From Octopus sinensis (lineage: Eukaryota): a stretch of DNA of 64,000 bases. The notes beneath the pieces were generated by a model. The model worked only from the letters and a program-made list of their open reading frames with translations. It ran no database searches and was not told where the DNA came from. Below, piece after piece: positions 37,991-50,607 of this stretch. Both the position numbers and the translations under genes were made by a program. Within the stretch, counting starts at the first letter, position 1. Each line of letters opens with the position of its first letter. The stretch spans positions 132,990,001 through 133,054,000 of the forward strand of contig NC_043000.1 of NCBI RefSeq assembly GCF_006345805.1. The letters are read 5' to 3'.

Positions 37991-38809
37991 AGTGAACCTA
38001 CTGTGAGCTCTGTTTGATTCTTTTGATCCTATTTCTCTGTGTGCATGTATGTGCACACCACGAGCTTTCACAAACATTCCACTCATAAGAAAACAATTGT
38101 CCAATCAGCTGCAGAGTGAAATAAAATCAGGAACCATGTGGTTGCAGAGCAAGCGTCTTAACTATCCAGCCTTCAACTTTTTAGACATTATTCATTGAAT
38201 TGTTGTAAATATTATCAGCTCCATTGCCATATATATATCCAACGACTAAACTAAACATGCTTTATTATTTGTTAGTCACAGTCTATTTATGAAATGATTA
38301 TGGATTCATACCATTGGTTTCCAAGTAACCATTTTTGAAATCTGTGATGTTCTTTACCTTCAACAAGTGTGCTCTCTGACAAATTGAGATAAAGTTTAGT
38401 TATGTTTGTTAGCTGGCTGTATTGGCAGAATCTGAAATGTTACCAAGCAGTGCTGATAATATCAGCTAATAAGCATCACAGTTGGTATTATTTGATAACG
38501 GTATCCAGACATTCACTGACATTGGTGGTGTGACTATTATTGCTACAAGGAAATGTATACAACCTAGAATGTCTAAATGCCAGATAGTAGAAGATTGCAG
38601 AAGATTAGAAGAATGGGTAGAGCATCAAATAAAACACCTTACAGTATTTAGTTACAGCTTGTTATGTTCTGAGTTCAAATTCCATTGAGGTCAACTTTGG
38701 CTTTCATCCTCTGAATGTTGATAAGATAAAATACTAGACAAGTATTGATGCTAATTTAATCAACTGTACACCTAAAAAATAGTGGTCATGTACCAATGAA
38801 ATTAATTCT

Positions 38810-39050
38810 TGTTTCTTTTCTATTTCTTTATTGCCCACAAGGGACTAAACATAGAGGGGACAAACAAGAACAGACAAATGAATTAAGTCGATTATATTGA
38901 CCCCAGTGTGTAACTGGTACTTATTTAATCGACCCAAAAGGATGAAAAATAAAGTCAACCTCGGCAGAATTTGAACTCAGAACGTAGTGACAGACGAAAT
39001 ACCACTAAGCATTTCACCCGACGTGGTAATGTTTCTACCAGCTTGCCGCC
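38810..39050 (-). mobile_element. SINE family N with TSD
   Basis: TSD AATGAAATTAATTCT at 38795-38809 and 39051-39065. Confidence 0.85.
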
Positions 39051-39517
39051 AATGAAATTAATTCTATTGTTAGTAGGTGGACTGGCAAAATCATTTGAGC
39101 AGAGTGGAAGATGAAATGCCTTCCAGTTTGAATCATGCTTGAGTTGATATTGCCTGTCATCCTTCTGAAGCCATCATAATCATTATCATTTAACATCGGT
39201 TTTCCATGCTGGCATGGGTTAGACAGTTTGACAGTAACTGGCAAGTCAGAAATCTGCACCAAACCTGTTGTCTGCATTGGCTGGATGTTCTTCCTAATGC
39301 CAACCACATTACAGGGTGTACTAGATACTTTTTATGTGGCACCAGCATCAATGAAGTTGCCAAGTAACTTGCAAAACAAGACCCCTCAACTGAAAGGAGT
39401 AGTACAGAGGGACAGAAAAAGGAGACTTACATTAGAGAGGAAAATTTGGTTACCTCAGGTGGGGAGAGAGAGGAAAGAGGAGAGAGAAGATGGTGAAGAT
39501 GAGATGGGTGTGAGAGA

Positions 39518-40125
39518 GGATGAGTGGACCAGAGATTGGAGAGGATGAGTGGACCAGAGATTGGAGAGGATGAGTGGACCAAAGATGGAGAGGATGAGTA
39601 GACCAGAGATTGGAGAGGATGAGTGGGCCAGAGATTGGAGTGGGTGAGTGGACCAGAGATTGGAGAGGATGAGAGGACCAGAGATTGGAGTGGGTGAGTG
39701 GACCAGAGATTGGAGAGGATGAGTGGACCAGAGATGGAGAGGATGAGTAGACCAGAGATTGGAGTGGGTGAGTGGACCAGAGATTGGAGAGGATGAGTGG
39801 ACCAGAGATTGGAGTGGGTGAGTGGACCAGAGATTGGAGTGGGTGAGTGGACCAGAGATTGGAGAGGATGAGTGGACCAGAGATTGGAGTGGGTGAGTGG
39901 ACCAGAGATTGGAGAGGATGAGTGGACCAGAGATTGGAGTGGGTGAGTGGACCAGAGATTGGAGAGGATGAGTGGACCAGAGATTGGAGTGGGTGAGTAG
40001 ACCAGAGATTGGAGTGGGTGAGTGGACCAGAGATTGGAGAGGATGAGTGGACCAGAGATTGGAGTGGGTGAGTGGACCAGAGATTGGAGAGGATGAGTGG
40101 ACCAGAGATTGGAGTGGGTGAGTGG
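39518..40125. repeat. 25-bp G-rich minisatellite, about 24 units, two main variants
   Basis: GGATGAGTGGACCAGAGATTGGAGA and GGGTGAGTGGACCAGAGATTGGAGT. Confidence 0.95.
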
Positions 40126-40554
40126 GTGGGTGGATTCATAAGATTGTGAAAGGATAGTGGTAAATGGAGAGGAGAAGATAGATAAAATAAGTAACAATCA
40201 CATAGTGGTCAACATTATTGAGAGTACCTCATCCAAGAAAATATTATGATGATGTGCTTGTAGGTAGTCAAGAATTTTCAATGCCACGTAAGTATCAGGC
40301 ATGTAGAAATATTAGAACAGGTATGCTAATTCAAAAACCGTTACTAATTTTAGAAAATAACTAAATAAGTTAATTAGCTCTGGAATTGGATCTAGATGCA
40401 GGTTTGGCTGTGTGGGTAAGAAATTTGCTTAGCAACCATATGGTTTTAGGTGTAGTCCCATTGTGTGGTATCTTAGATAAGTCTCTATTATAGTCACAGC
40501 TTAACCAGTGCCTTGTGAGTGAGATTTGACAAACTGAAACTGTATAGAAGCTTG

Positions 40555-40590
<36 letters not shown>

Positions 40591-40722
40591 ACATGTGTGT
40601 GTGTGTGTGTGTAAATAAGCACAGAAGTAAACACATGCATGGACACACTCACACACACACATACACATGCAATTAAGGAGGGTGGATTGGTGGTACAATA
40701 ACAATGTTAGTCTAGCTTTTTT

Positions 40723-40913
40723 TTAGGCTCTAAGTTCAAATATAACCGTGGCTCACAAAGGAGGTAGACTTCATCCATTGCTCAATTTAACATCATCATC
40801 TGGTACCTTGTCCTTCATTGTCCGTCAAGGTACCAGATGATGATGTTAAATTGGGCAATGGATGAAGTCTACCTTCTTTGAGAGCCACAGTTAGATTTGA
40901 ACTTAGAACCTAA
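40723..40913. repeat. 191-bp palindrome (88-bp arms, 15-nt loop), possibly a TA-flanked fold-back MITE
   Basis: 40723-40810 against 40826-40913 shows 6 mismatches by manual alignment. Confidence 0.9.
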
Positions 40914-41125
40914 CCTGGCTGATGACAGTCAAGGCTGATCTGGAACCCAACCTAGGCCCCTGTGTCTACGGCGTTCGCCGCTGGAATAGGGAGTGGTTGG
41001 AGATCATGCGGTCGTTAGCCTCAAATCGTCAGGCCTGGTAGGCGTTTGTGAGAGATGCAGCACTGAGGATGAATGAAGCCAGCTCAACCCATCCCGGGTG
41101 AATGCTGTTTCAAGACAAGACAAGA
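40912..41125 (+). mobile_element. RTE-clade LINE 3' end
   Basis: TWLMTVKADLEPNLGPCVYGVRRWNREWLEIMRSLASNRQAW; GCTCAACCCATCCCGGGTGAATGC 3' UTR; (CAAGA)n tail. Confidence 0.7.
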
Positions 41126-42429
41126 TCTGGTGCCTTGGCACCTATCTATTCTGTTGCAAGCATTCAGACCAGGTTTGCATATACTTCTCTCTCTCCATCC
41201 AACCCTCCAACCAATCATGGAGGCCCTGTAAATGATTATGGACAATGCTTTCCTTCATGATTAGAAGACACAAAAAACAAATCATACTACAGATACTATA
41301 TGTTCAAGGGACAGCAATAAATATCAAACTCTTCTAAGATAAGAGCAGGTAAGCACAGAAGAAGTAGGAAAAAATAAGCTAAGAAATTATTGACGAAATA
41401 CCGAAGTGACTGATAAGTGGTTCGTTGTGGAGATGAAACTTTCTAAAACAAGGATTGAATAATAGTGTAACATAGTGTTGGGGTTGATATATGAGAAACA
41501 AACACTGAAAACTGTAGAGATTGAAGAGAATTGAGTAGAGTGAGGTTGGTTGGATATGTAATGTGATAGGTTGGGTGGAAATAAGTTGGAAAAGCAAAGA
41601 ATTGTGAAAGAAGAATGCTAATTTATGTAACAAGAGTGATTGCATGGAAATAAGTATATCAAATGAATATATGATGCATATTAAGTGAAAAGCTACTGCA
41701 GATTATTATAGGGGCATGGGTGAGAAAAACAATATTGGACCTTAGAAGTTTGAACTTCATAGACTAAATGAAAACAGACTGCAAAACTTGGAAAGATACT
41801 ATCTTTTGCACCTATTGAACACATGGTAACAATGGTGGTAGTACTAATATTTGTGACAATAACAAAAACAACCAGTTAAAAAGAATAGAGGGTAAAAAAA
41901 AAAACCCCGGAAAATGAGGAAGAACAAAGATAACTTGGCATAAGTTCATATCAACACAATATGACTGTTGGTTCAATTTTAGTCCTTTTGTACCAAACTA
42001 GTACAGTGTTATGTCATTGTAAATGATAGTATGGATAAAACAATCACTGAACAAAGTCTGCTTGGCTGGATGGATAAAAATTGCAAAAGAAGTAGAGGCA
42101 TTTTAATAATCTATAATAATGCAAGTATACTATTTCATCAATACAGAAATATCAATTATTAACATAACAGTAGCTGAGTGCAATAGAGTAGAAAGTAAGC
42201 TCGTAACAATCCGAGTTTACAATTAAATTTTTATTCCTAGTTGTAACTATTCCACTATTCCCTTAACTTAATCTTTTATGTCTATGAGAAAAGCATGACT
42301 GCACAAGTTCTATTTCCTTCCTACTTAAGCTTCATGCTTACTAGAAGACAGCAATAATAAACTAAATAAAGAGGAAGGATAAAAGAAACATTTTTTTTTT
42401 TTCAATGGTTAAGTCTGAGAAAAAGGAAT

Positions 42430-42790
42430 AGTGAGTACTCTGGCAGACAAACTCAAAAATTCTCACCAGCTAAAGAAAACCAAATATCAATACATGGTCA
42501 ACAAGGTCATTATCAAGGGATAGGATACAGCCTCATACCCTATTGAAGTCGGTTGACAAAGCTTTCCACCTAGATGGTTCACTATTTCCAGTAGAAGATT
42601 GGTCTGAAGCCCAAACAACTGAAGAAAGCCACCAAAGAGATAAGCATGGTAGCTGAAACCAGCTCAAGGTAGTTGTGGCTGACAAGAGATCACAAGGTGG
42701 AACCCTTCCATAGGCAATGACTAATTCAGATGAAGTGTACAAGCTAAGGGGTAAAACACTTGAGATCTCAGGACAGCTGCTGATGATGAT
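42430..42790 (+). mobile_element. HERO/NeSL-type non-LTR retrotransposon relic (restriction-like endonuclease C-terminus and 3' UTR)
   Basis: KKTKYQYMVNKVIIKG*DTASYPIEVG*QSFP..GLKPKQLKKATKEISMVAETSSR*LWLTR matches the recalled K.KY..L...C...GW....P.EVGCRGF...AE..S.WLW.KR motif; several stops look like TGG/TGC mutants. Confidence 0.75.
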
Positions 42791-42825
42791 ACATTGCAAT
42801 GGATTCAGAAGAGAATGCAATATCT

Positions 42826-43058
42826 GTTTCTTTATTGCCCACAAGGGGCTAAACATAGAGGGGACAAACAAGGACAGACAAACGGATTAAGTCGATTACA
42901 TCGACCCCAGTGCGTAACTGGTACTTAATTTATCGACCCCGAAAGGATGAAAGGCAAAGTCGACCTCGGCGGAATTTGAACTCAGAACGCAAACGACAGA
43001 CGCAATACCGCTAAGCATTTCACCCGGTGTGCTAACGTTTCTGCCAGCTTGCCGCCTT
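42826..43058 (-). mobile_element. SINE family N with TSD (young)
   Basis: TSD ATGCAATATCT at 42815-42825 and 43059-43069; CpG-rich. Confidence 0.9.
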
Positions 43059-43349
43059 ATGCAATATCTTTGAATAACTCCTGCAGTTTCTGCATGGGGA
43101 AATGTTTATTCCACCTTCATCCTCTGTCAGTTGATATGCATAGAAAGTGTGCCAAGCAGGAAAGGGTTTCATAAGATTGCCGTTTGGGGGATAAACGTTT
43201 TGGGTGATGTGTTTGGTGCAGATTTTGAGGGAAAGATACAGAAGGACTAACAAGAGGAAGAAAGAGAGATAGATGAATCAGGTGACACTGGAACTGATGC
43301 ACAATGTTAGAATTAACAACATGAAGATACACCATATTGGTTTTTATCT

Positions 43350-43650
43350 TTTATCTTTTATTTGTCTCAGTCAATGAACTGCAGCCATGCTGGGGGCAAA
43401 CATAGCAACTCCAGTAGTTTTTTTGCTGAACCGCTAAGTTACAGGGACTTAAACAAACTGGTTGTCAGAGTTATCAAAGAGTGATGTGGGACAAACACAA
43501 AAATATGCATAGATGTGTCTTCCAAATTCACTCACAAAGTATTTTCAGCCCAGAGCTTTAGTAGAAGATTTTTGGCCAAAGTGCCACACAGTGGAACTGA
43601 ACCTAAAACCAAGTAGTTGCAAAGCAAGCTTCTTAACCACACAACTATCC
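43350..43650 (-). mobile_element. SINE family A (diverged)
   Basis: Family A motifs on the reverse strand. Confidence 0.6.
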
Positions 43651-43879
43651 TGTGTATGTTATTTAATTTTTTTTGCTTAATTTTTATTTAAATACCTTCA
43701 ATGGTCGGTCAAATGTGGATCCCCCATGGCTGGTCAACTTTAGACTGAAGATATGACCCAGATGCTTGTAATAGAATGGATTTCAGTAAAGATGCAGATG
43801 GGTCAAGTTGTAATGTGTTTTCTGAAGGTAACAGAGGAGCAGAATCATTAGTGTATTGGGCAAAATATTTAGCAGCATT

Positions 43880-44040
43880 TTTCCAGTACTTTATGTTCAG
43901 AGTTCAAATCTTACCAAGATCAACTTTTCCTTTTATCCCTTTAGGGTCAATAAAATAAAGAACCAGTCAAGTACTGGGGTTGATGTAATCAACTTGCCCC
44001 GCCCCTCAAAATTTCTGGCCTTGTACCTTGTACCTTGCAA
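43880..44040 (+). mobile_element. SINE family N (diverged)
   Basis: GAGTTCAAATCTTACCAAGATCAACTTTTCCTTTTATCCC motif. Confidence 0.6.
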
Positions 44041-44675
44041 CAGACTGATATCCTTTCAGGTGGGGTTTTGTGATCTCAATCAGTTATATGTCATAGAAAG
44101 TAGGTAACTGGTTGTATGAGTCTTGGAACTCAAGAAGAAAAGTGTGATTGTGAGAAAAGTTTTACTAATCAATTGGATGGCAAATTTATTCAGAATGTTG
44201 TGTGTCTGTAGCAGCCAATTTGTCCAACAATATGTGAGAAGTACTTCTCTCTCTCTCTCTCTTTAAAGAACATTTTAACAAGCCATTTCACACCAAAATA
44301 ATCTTGAAGGAGACAGGAAACATCTTGTGTTCACTTAAGCTTGAGTAGAGATTCATAGCAGGTCAAGCTAACATAGGTGCCAGTGTTTAGATTGCAAGGT
44401 TAACAGCTGATTAAAGACCATTTTTCATTGTGCTTCTGACAACTTAATGATCCACTTCAATTAAAAGTAACCAGGTCGTTGCTGTTATTGTTTCTGTTAT
44501 TTAACCCTGGATTAACCCTGATCAAGTAAACCTGTGATCAAAAGCATTCCGGCGATAACCATCTTATTTTATTTTGTCAAACTAATTAACCAGTGTGTCT
44601 TTTCTTTGTTAAAATGATGATGCGATTTGGGTAAAATTTGGTTGCTATTTTTAGTGGATCAAATGACTGTGTAGA

Positions 44676-45490
44676 CTGGTGGTTCCCAACCAGAGTCATT
44701 ATGACCCTTATGGGTCTGTACAAGACTTTTTTTGTTAAGATTTGTGTGCAATAAATAGGCAACATTTCTACAATACACAAAATATCTTAATATTTTTTAA
44801 TACAATTCCTAATAATATTGGGTTGTCTGGAAAGTTTGTGCCGATTTATAGTAGCTTACCTTTCGACTTATTTTAGAACATGGTTGAGTCCATAAAATAG
44901 GATTTGACAACACCTCCATTTAGAGCACAGTTTAAGCTATCTTTTCGTGGAGAAGGTTTATGTTCTGATAACCTGTGTTAATTCTGTAACCCTTTAAAAT
45001 GGAAGATAAGAAAGTTCATTTTCGGAACTTGATGCTTTGGGAACCAGACAAAAATTGCTGCAGCTTGGCTGGGATGTGTTACCTCACCTTCCATATTCAC
45101 CAGATATTGCTCCTTCGGATTTCCACTTATTCAGGTCTCTGCAGAATAGTCTTAATGGTAAAAATTTCAAATTCTTGGATGACATAAAGAAATACCTTGA
45201 TGAATTCTTTGCCATAAAACCACCTCAATTCTGGGAAGAGGGTAATTTTCAAGTTAAAGGAAAGATGGAGACGCATTGTGCAACAAAATGGTTCATATCT
45301 GGTTGATTAAAAATGTAATGGCAAGTATTTATTGACCTTTATCTTTCCTTTAAAAATCGGCACGAACTTTCCGGACAATCCAATATTTAATTACAAAAAT
45401 ATAATATGGTTTTTTAAACATCAAATAGCTATGAGGGTTCACCCAAATAAAATAGGAATCAAAGGAGCGAAAAACTAGTTGAGAACCACT
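44676..45490. mobile_element. hAT (Charlie-like) MITE hosting a mariner
   Basis: Degenerate TIRs (C)TGGTGGTTCCCAACC / AGTTGAGAACCACT; 8-bp flanks TGTGTAGA / TGTGTAGG. Confidence 0.55.
44816..45385 (+). mobile_element. Internally deleted mariner transposon
   Basis: TA-flanked TIRs TTGGGTTGTCTGGAAAGTTTGTGCCGATTT / AAATCGGCACGAACTTTCCGGACAATCCAA. Transposase N-terminus MEDKKVHFRNLML is fused to the C-terminus TRQKLLQLGWDVLPHLPYSPDIAPSDFHLF (YSPDLAPSD motif). Confidence 0.92.
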
Positions 45491-46605
45491 TGTGTAGGAA
45501 TTCCTTCATGGCTCAAGAGAGATAAGTCACTGATATATAAAAAAAACTATTAGGTGACACTGGAAATGAACAACACCAACCAAATAAGCAAACCTTCAAT
45601 GATCAACATACCCCAACTAAGCCTTTTCCTATACAGCATCCACCTTGTTTCTTCCACCAACACAGCAAACGTCAGGTCCTCTTAACTTGCCAAACTTATC
45701 ACAATAAATCCATTCATCCCCACTTTCACCCTTACTATATATTCCCTGCCATTTGGTCCTCATGCTAAACACTTTTCCAAATCTTTATATCACACAACTA
45801 TATCATTCTAAAGTTATACAGATGTCCATACTTTCCTCCTACAAACATAAGTTCAAAATAAACATCACCCATAAAGTTGGTGCTCCAGTAAGGCTAAGGC
45901 AAATTTAAGATAATATCAAGTTTGTCAGACTGGCAGTGAAGAAAATCTTCAAAGACTACTGGAATAAACTAATATAATTTGTGTGGTGAAATTGTTATTC
46001 TAATATTATTGCATGCTTGCATGTGACTGGGTTTATTTAAGGCAGCTACTAGTTTGATATAACAGTTTGACCAATCAGTTAAATGAAACTTTTGATCATA
46101 AAGTTGAAACATTGAATCATAGTAGTGTAAGATTTTGACTAAACCAAAAGAAATTGATAATTACTAAAAGGGTCATATTCTTATCACAACATCAAAAGTT
46201 AAATAAATCTAGTCAAGGTTATTCTACAAGATTATGAAAGCCAGCTTGCCTGAGAATTTCATGAAATTTGATGGAACTGAAGGACAGAGTGCAGATGATA
46301 TGGTTCATGTAAGACTCTTAGATGGCATGCTATCATCTGAACATCAAGCAAAAGCATTAGAATACCATCGATCAGGTGATCTGCTGCTTAATGTAGGCAA
46401 TGAATGCATCCAATGGCTTAAAATGATTTCTAAATTTCTGATAAGTGAATCAAAACAAAAAAAAAGAAGAAAGAAAGTGATTAAGAATGATCTTGATATA
46501 TCTGAGTCACATGCTAACAAGAATAAATCTGATTATAAATGTCTCTTATGCATGGGTATAAGCATGCACCATCAAAATGTTTTCTATTTGGTAAAAACTT
46601 ATATT

Positions 46606-47360
46606 AACCCTTTTCATATTGACATGCTTGATACTGCTTCTGTCTGGTTCTAAGCCACAAACTTCCAATTTAAATTCATCAAATTTAAACCTTCCAATAA
46701 CGTTTCATATTAATTTATGTTTTAAACACCAGCTTAATAATGACTTAGTTATTTCATGAAATTTTCCAGTATTTTCAAAACTGACCGAAGAAAAGTACCA
46801 TAAATCCTCGAGTATAGTCTGCCCTTGAGTATAATATGCAGGGGATTTTTAGAGGGCTGTACCTCTGTAAAAGCTAAACCTTGTGTATAATACGCACCCT
46901 TTCTCTAACATGAGTCATGCGTAATTAAGCCAGCAGCACCTAGTCGAACAAACACTTCCACGCATGCGTAATACAATAATGGTGATGTTCTTAACTGTTA
47001 TATGGGAATGTAAATATGTTTGCAAATTGTTTTTGTTATATGTTATTCTGTGTTCTGAATACTTTTATTTTTAATAAATGTTGCTTACTGCAAGTTATGG
47101 ATGATTCTTTTATGACTTCATTGCTTTCAGGTTTAGCTTATGGTATTTTCGTGCCCGACATCACAAAATGCCTCTGAATAAAAATTGCCAGTCAAGCAAA
47201 TAGAGACTCAAACATTGCTTAGAAAATATTTTTCATTTTTAACCTCGTATATTGTATGCACTAGGGATTTTGACCTTTAAATTTTGGCAAAAAAATGCGG
47301 ATTATACTCGAGGATTTATGGTATCATATTTTAACAGAAATATGGAAAAGAGTTGAGGAA
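46606..47360. mobile_element. piggyBac-type MITE P1 (diverged) split by a Tc2-type MITE
   Basis: TTAACCCTTTT at about 46604; P1 interior to 46795; resumes TCATATTTTAACAGAAATATGG after 47323. Confidence 0.6.
46796..47323. mobile_element. Tc2/pogo-type MITE
   Basis: Perfect TIRs including TA: TACCATAAATCCTCGAGTATA / TATACTCGAGGATTTATGGTA; second copy in reverse at 62085-62599. Confidence 0.8.
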
Positions 47361-48834
47361 ATTGATAAAGAAGATTCTACAAGTATTTATAAAATTGTTC
47401 TGAAAATCATTACAATAGTCAATGAATAAGTCAACTTGTTAAAGTTAATGTTAAAATGCAAAATGACATTGGCAGTCAGATAAATGTTATATCTCAGAAC
47501 ATGTGGATGGATTTGAATAAACTAATTAACCAATCTGAAGAGAGAGTAAAATCTGAGACAGAAACTATTTGATGGCTCAGTCATGGAAATTTTGATAAAA
47601 TTTGATGTATTAATGGAAATTGAAAAGAGAGTAGAGGTTATGAAGTTGTAAATGTTATGATTTCTGCGTATGAAAAGAAGAAATTCATGGCTTACTTGCT
47701 TGGTTTGATATAAATTTGCGTGATTGAAACTCTTGGACAAATTTAGAAATTAAGACATTGTAAGGCTTTACAAAGGAATGCTACTTTGAGGTAAGCCTGA
47801 TATCAGTACACATTAAACCATTAGCCACAGTAAAGCTGAGGAAACTAATTAACAAAGGTCTTTTGCATGAAGTATCTTCCAGAGTGTCTCCTTTAGTGAT
47901 TGTGCAAAGGCGGATAGAGATCTCAAAGTACATGAAGACTACAAAGTAGATATTCAGATTTTTATCCAAATCCAAATAGTCAATCAATATTTCCTTCTCT
48001 TTCTGGCATGATATTTTGCTAAATTAGATTTACAAGGGACATATTTTCAATGTTCTGAAGCAAAAGAAGTTACAATAACAAATACACTAAAGAGCCTTTC
48101 AGGATGGATATGTATTGAATACAAAATTAACAGCGCCACCAATATGTCTCAGACAGAAAATGAAGATGCTGTAGGAAACGATACTCATAATACTGTCAAT
48201 ATGTACTGGTGATAAAACTGCTAAAAATGCATACATCAACATTCGTAAGATCACAAAAAAGGATTACAATTATCAAACATAATGATAAATAGAATGAAAT
48301 CTGTATTGGAGACTGATGACTTGTCTTTTAGTGGTACAGAATGACAAAGGTGGGTATGCCATTCACCGGATCATTGTTTAGTGGTAAGAATTATGGATGT
48401 GAAATCATGAAAGGATAAAATGAATTTAGAATCTTTCCTTGGACTTGATAATTTCTATGGAAGATTTATTGACCATTCTTCAGATCATATATCATATCAG
48501 TGTTTGGATCATTTCATAAATCTGATGTCCCATTTGCAGGGAGAGTTCAATAACAAAGGGCATTTGAATATATAAAGCTGATACTAGTATCAAAGCCGAT
48601 GGTCCAGATTTATGATGTCATAAAAGAAGTGATGCAAATGAAAAGACTCTATCAGAAATACTCTCACAAGACACTCATAGTTTATCATACTATTCAACAG
48701 CATTTACCATAGCAGAAACAAGATACTCCAATAACAAAAGCGAAACATGGTAATTGCATGGTGCATTGAAAGAGTACAACATTTTCTATTTGGTTGAAAA
48801 ATTTAAATTGGCCTTAAATCTTAGATCATACTCT

Positions 48835-49085
48835 CTCTCTTTTACTCTTTTACTTGTTTCAGTCATTTGACTGTGGCCATGCTGGAGCACCGCCTTTAGT
48901 TTAGCAAATCAACCCCAGGACTTATTCTTTGTAAGCCTAGTACTTATTCTATCGGTCTCTTTTGCTGAACTGCTAAGTTACGGGGATATAAACACACCAG
49001 CATCGGTTGTCAAGCGATGTTGGGGGGGGGGGACAAACACCGACACACAAACACACACACACATATATATGATGGGCTCCTTTCA
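48835..49085 (-). mobile_element. SINE family A 3' half
   Basis: Reverse complement of the family A tail. Confidence 0.8.
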
Positions 49086-49639
49086 GGAAATTATTTTTGG
49101 TAAAAAATTGTCATTTACTCAAAATAACATATTTAAGGCCCATTTTAAACTGGGCCTTACATATAACAACATTTGACTGTGAAATTACTATATGTAAAAA
49201 GATTTTATATACTTATATGTTGATGCATTAATGATGATTAGAATATATTAACGATGCTGGTTTCTGCACACACATTAGAGTCTCATTCCTCTTCACTCAT
49301 GCATTAGGCCTACCTCTTCTCACCTCACCACCACTGGCTCCTGCAGACTACCAAACCATATCATCCTTCTCTCTCTACCCCTGCTACATTCCTCCCACTC
49401 TTTTCTGCATCCCTCTATCTCCCCCAACTCATAGCTCTTCGCTCATCCACCCTTCTACCCTACCATTCTGACAATCTGCCTCACCATCCCTATATTCTCC
49501 ATCCCATACAACCTTGTGGAGCCACCTAGGCACCTTATTGCCATTATCTATCTCTTGCAGCCCCAAACAGTTCGTTTTCTCTCTCCCCACTTTCCCAGCT
49601 AGATGTTAGTAACCATGCAGATTCGCTATAAGAACCTGC

Positions 49640-49925
49640 TATGTCTCACCTTCAATCCCTTTGTCCACTCACATAAAGCTGAGACCCTCCCCAGGGTTTG
49701 TAATTCTGCCAACTGCATGGCAACCTCAGTAGTGCAGGTGCTATGATAAAAGCACCCAGTCCATGTTGTAATGAGGTTGGCATTAGAAAGGAGATCTGGC
49801 CATAGAAGCCATGCCAAAACAGTCACTGGAGCATGATGTAGTCCTTGGACACGTCAGATCGTGTTAAACCATCCAACTCATGCCAGCATGGGACATAAAC
49901 ATGAAATGGTGATGATGATGATGAT
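49640..49925 (+). mobile_element. SINE family B (diverged)
   Basis: GTTGGCATTAGAAAGGAGATCTGGCC core and (GAT)n tail. Confidence 0.55.
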
Positions 49926-50607
49926 TGGATGAGTGTAATTTTGGTGGTGATGATTCTTTTATACATCTTGTAGAAACTGACATTATAAAACATGATGATA
50001 TAAAGTTGGAAGCTGTCAGTGATAATATTTTATCTGGTATATTAAAAAGGATTTTCAATAATAATTGGACCAATTGTTCTGTTGCTTAAAGACCATTTAA
50101 GTCATAGAAAAACAGATTAACAGCTGAGAACTCTTGTGTAATGGAGAATCAATCGTTCTTTATTTCAGAACATTAATGAACATGATAAAAAAAAAACTGT
50201 TACATGGTGATGTTCCATGTAATTCAATGGCAACAAGGAATCAGTTGAAATGAAAAATCTGGTGGCTAGGTTACTGCGAAGATTTGGAATGGTATGTAAG
50301 ATGCCTGATATGATAGAATAAAACCCGGATTTCTTCATACAGATCACATATGGCCTAAAGAAATTAAAGCATGGATATGTGTGCATATGCGTCATTAAAT
50401 CAAGAATTATGGATTGTTCTTAGCACACTGAACCTAACAGTGGGTAACCAGAAGCAATAAAAGCTCAGAAGAAAGAAATGGAAACAGTTATGATGATAAA
50501 GATGATGATGATGACAACGGTGACGACAACAACAATGGTGATGCCGATAATGATAACGACAAAGACAATGATGATGGTATAAGTGAAGAGTGAGGAAGAT
50601 ATATACT

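Larger units (their letters stand above)
46230..48790 (+). mobile_element. Ty3/Gypsy (Mag-like) LTR retrotransposon relic: putative gag, protease, RT, RNase H
   Basis: Protease MQNDIGSQINVISQNMW at about 47456. RT LRKLINKGLL..VSPLVIV..KAD..DYK..FYPNP..FAKLDLQGTYFQ at 47837-48050. LESFLGLDNFYGRFI at about 48426. Many stops and frameshifts. The gag assignment for 46234-46500 is weak. Confidence 0.75.

Noticed and set aside
39427-40197. Regular array that could be taken for CRISPR, and 256-aa and 229-aa ORFs
   Set aside because: No unique spacers and no cas genes; it is a 25-bp minisatellite and the ORFs are repeat translations.
45915-45945. TGGCAGTGAAGA as the Gypsy primer-binding site
   Set aside because: Only loosely PBS-like, and no LTR pair could be identified.
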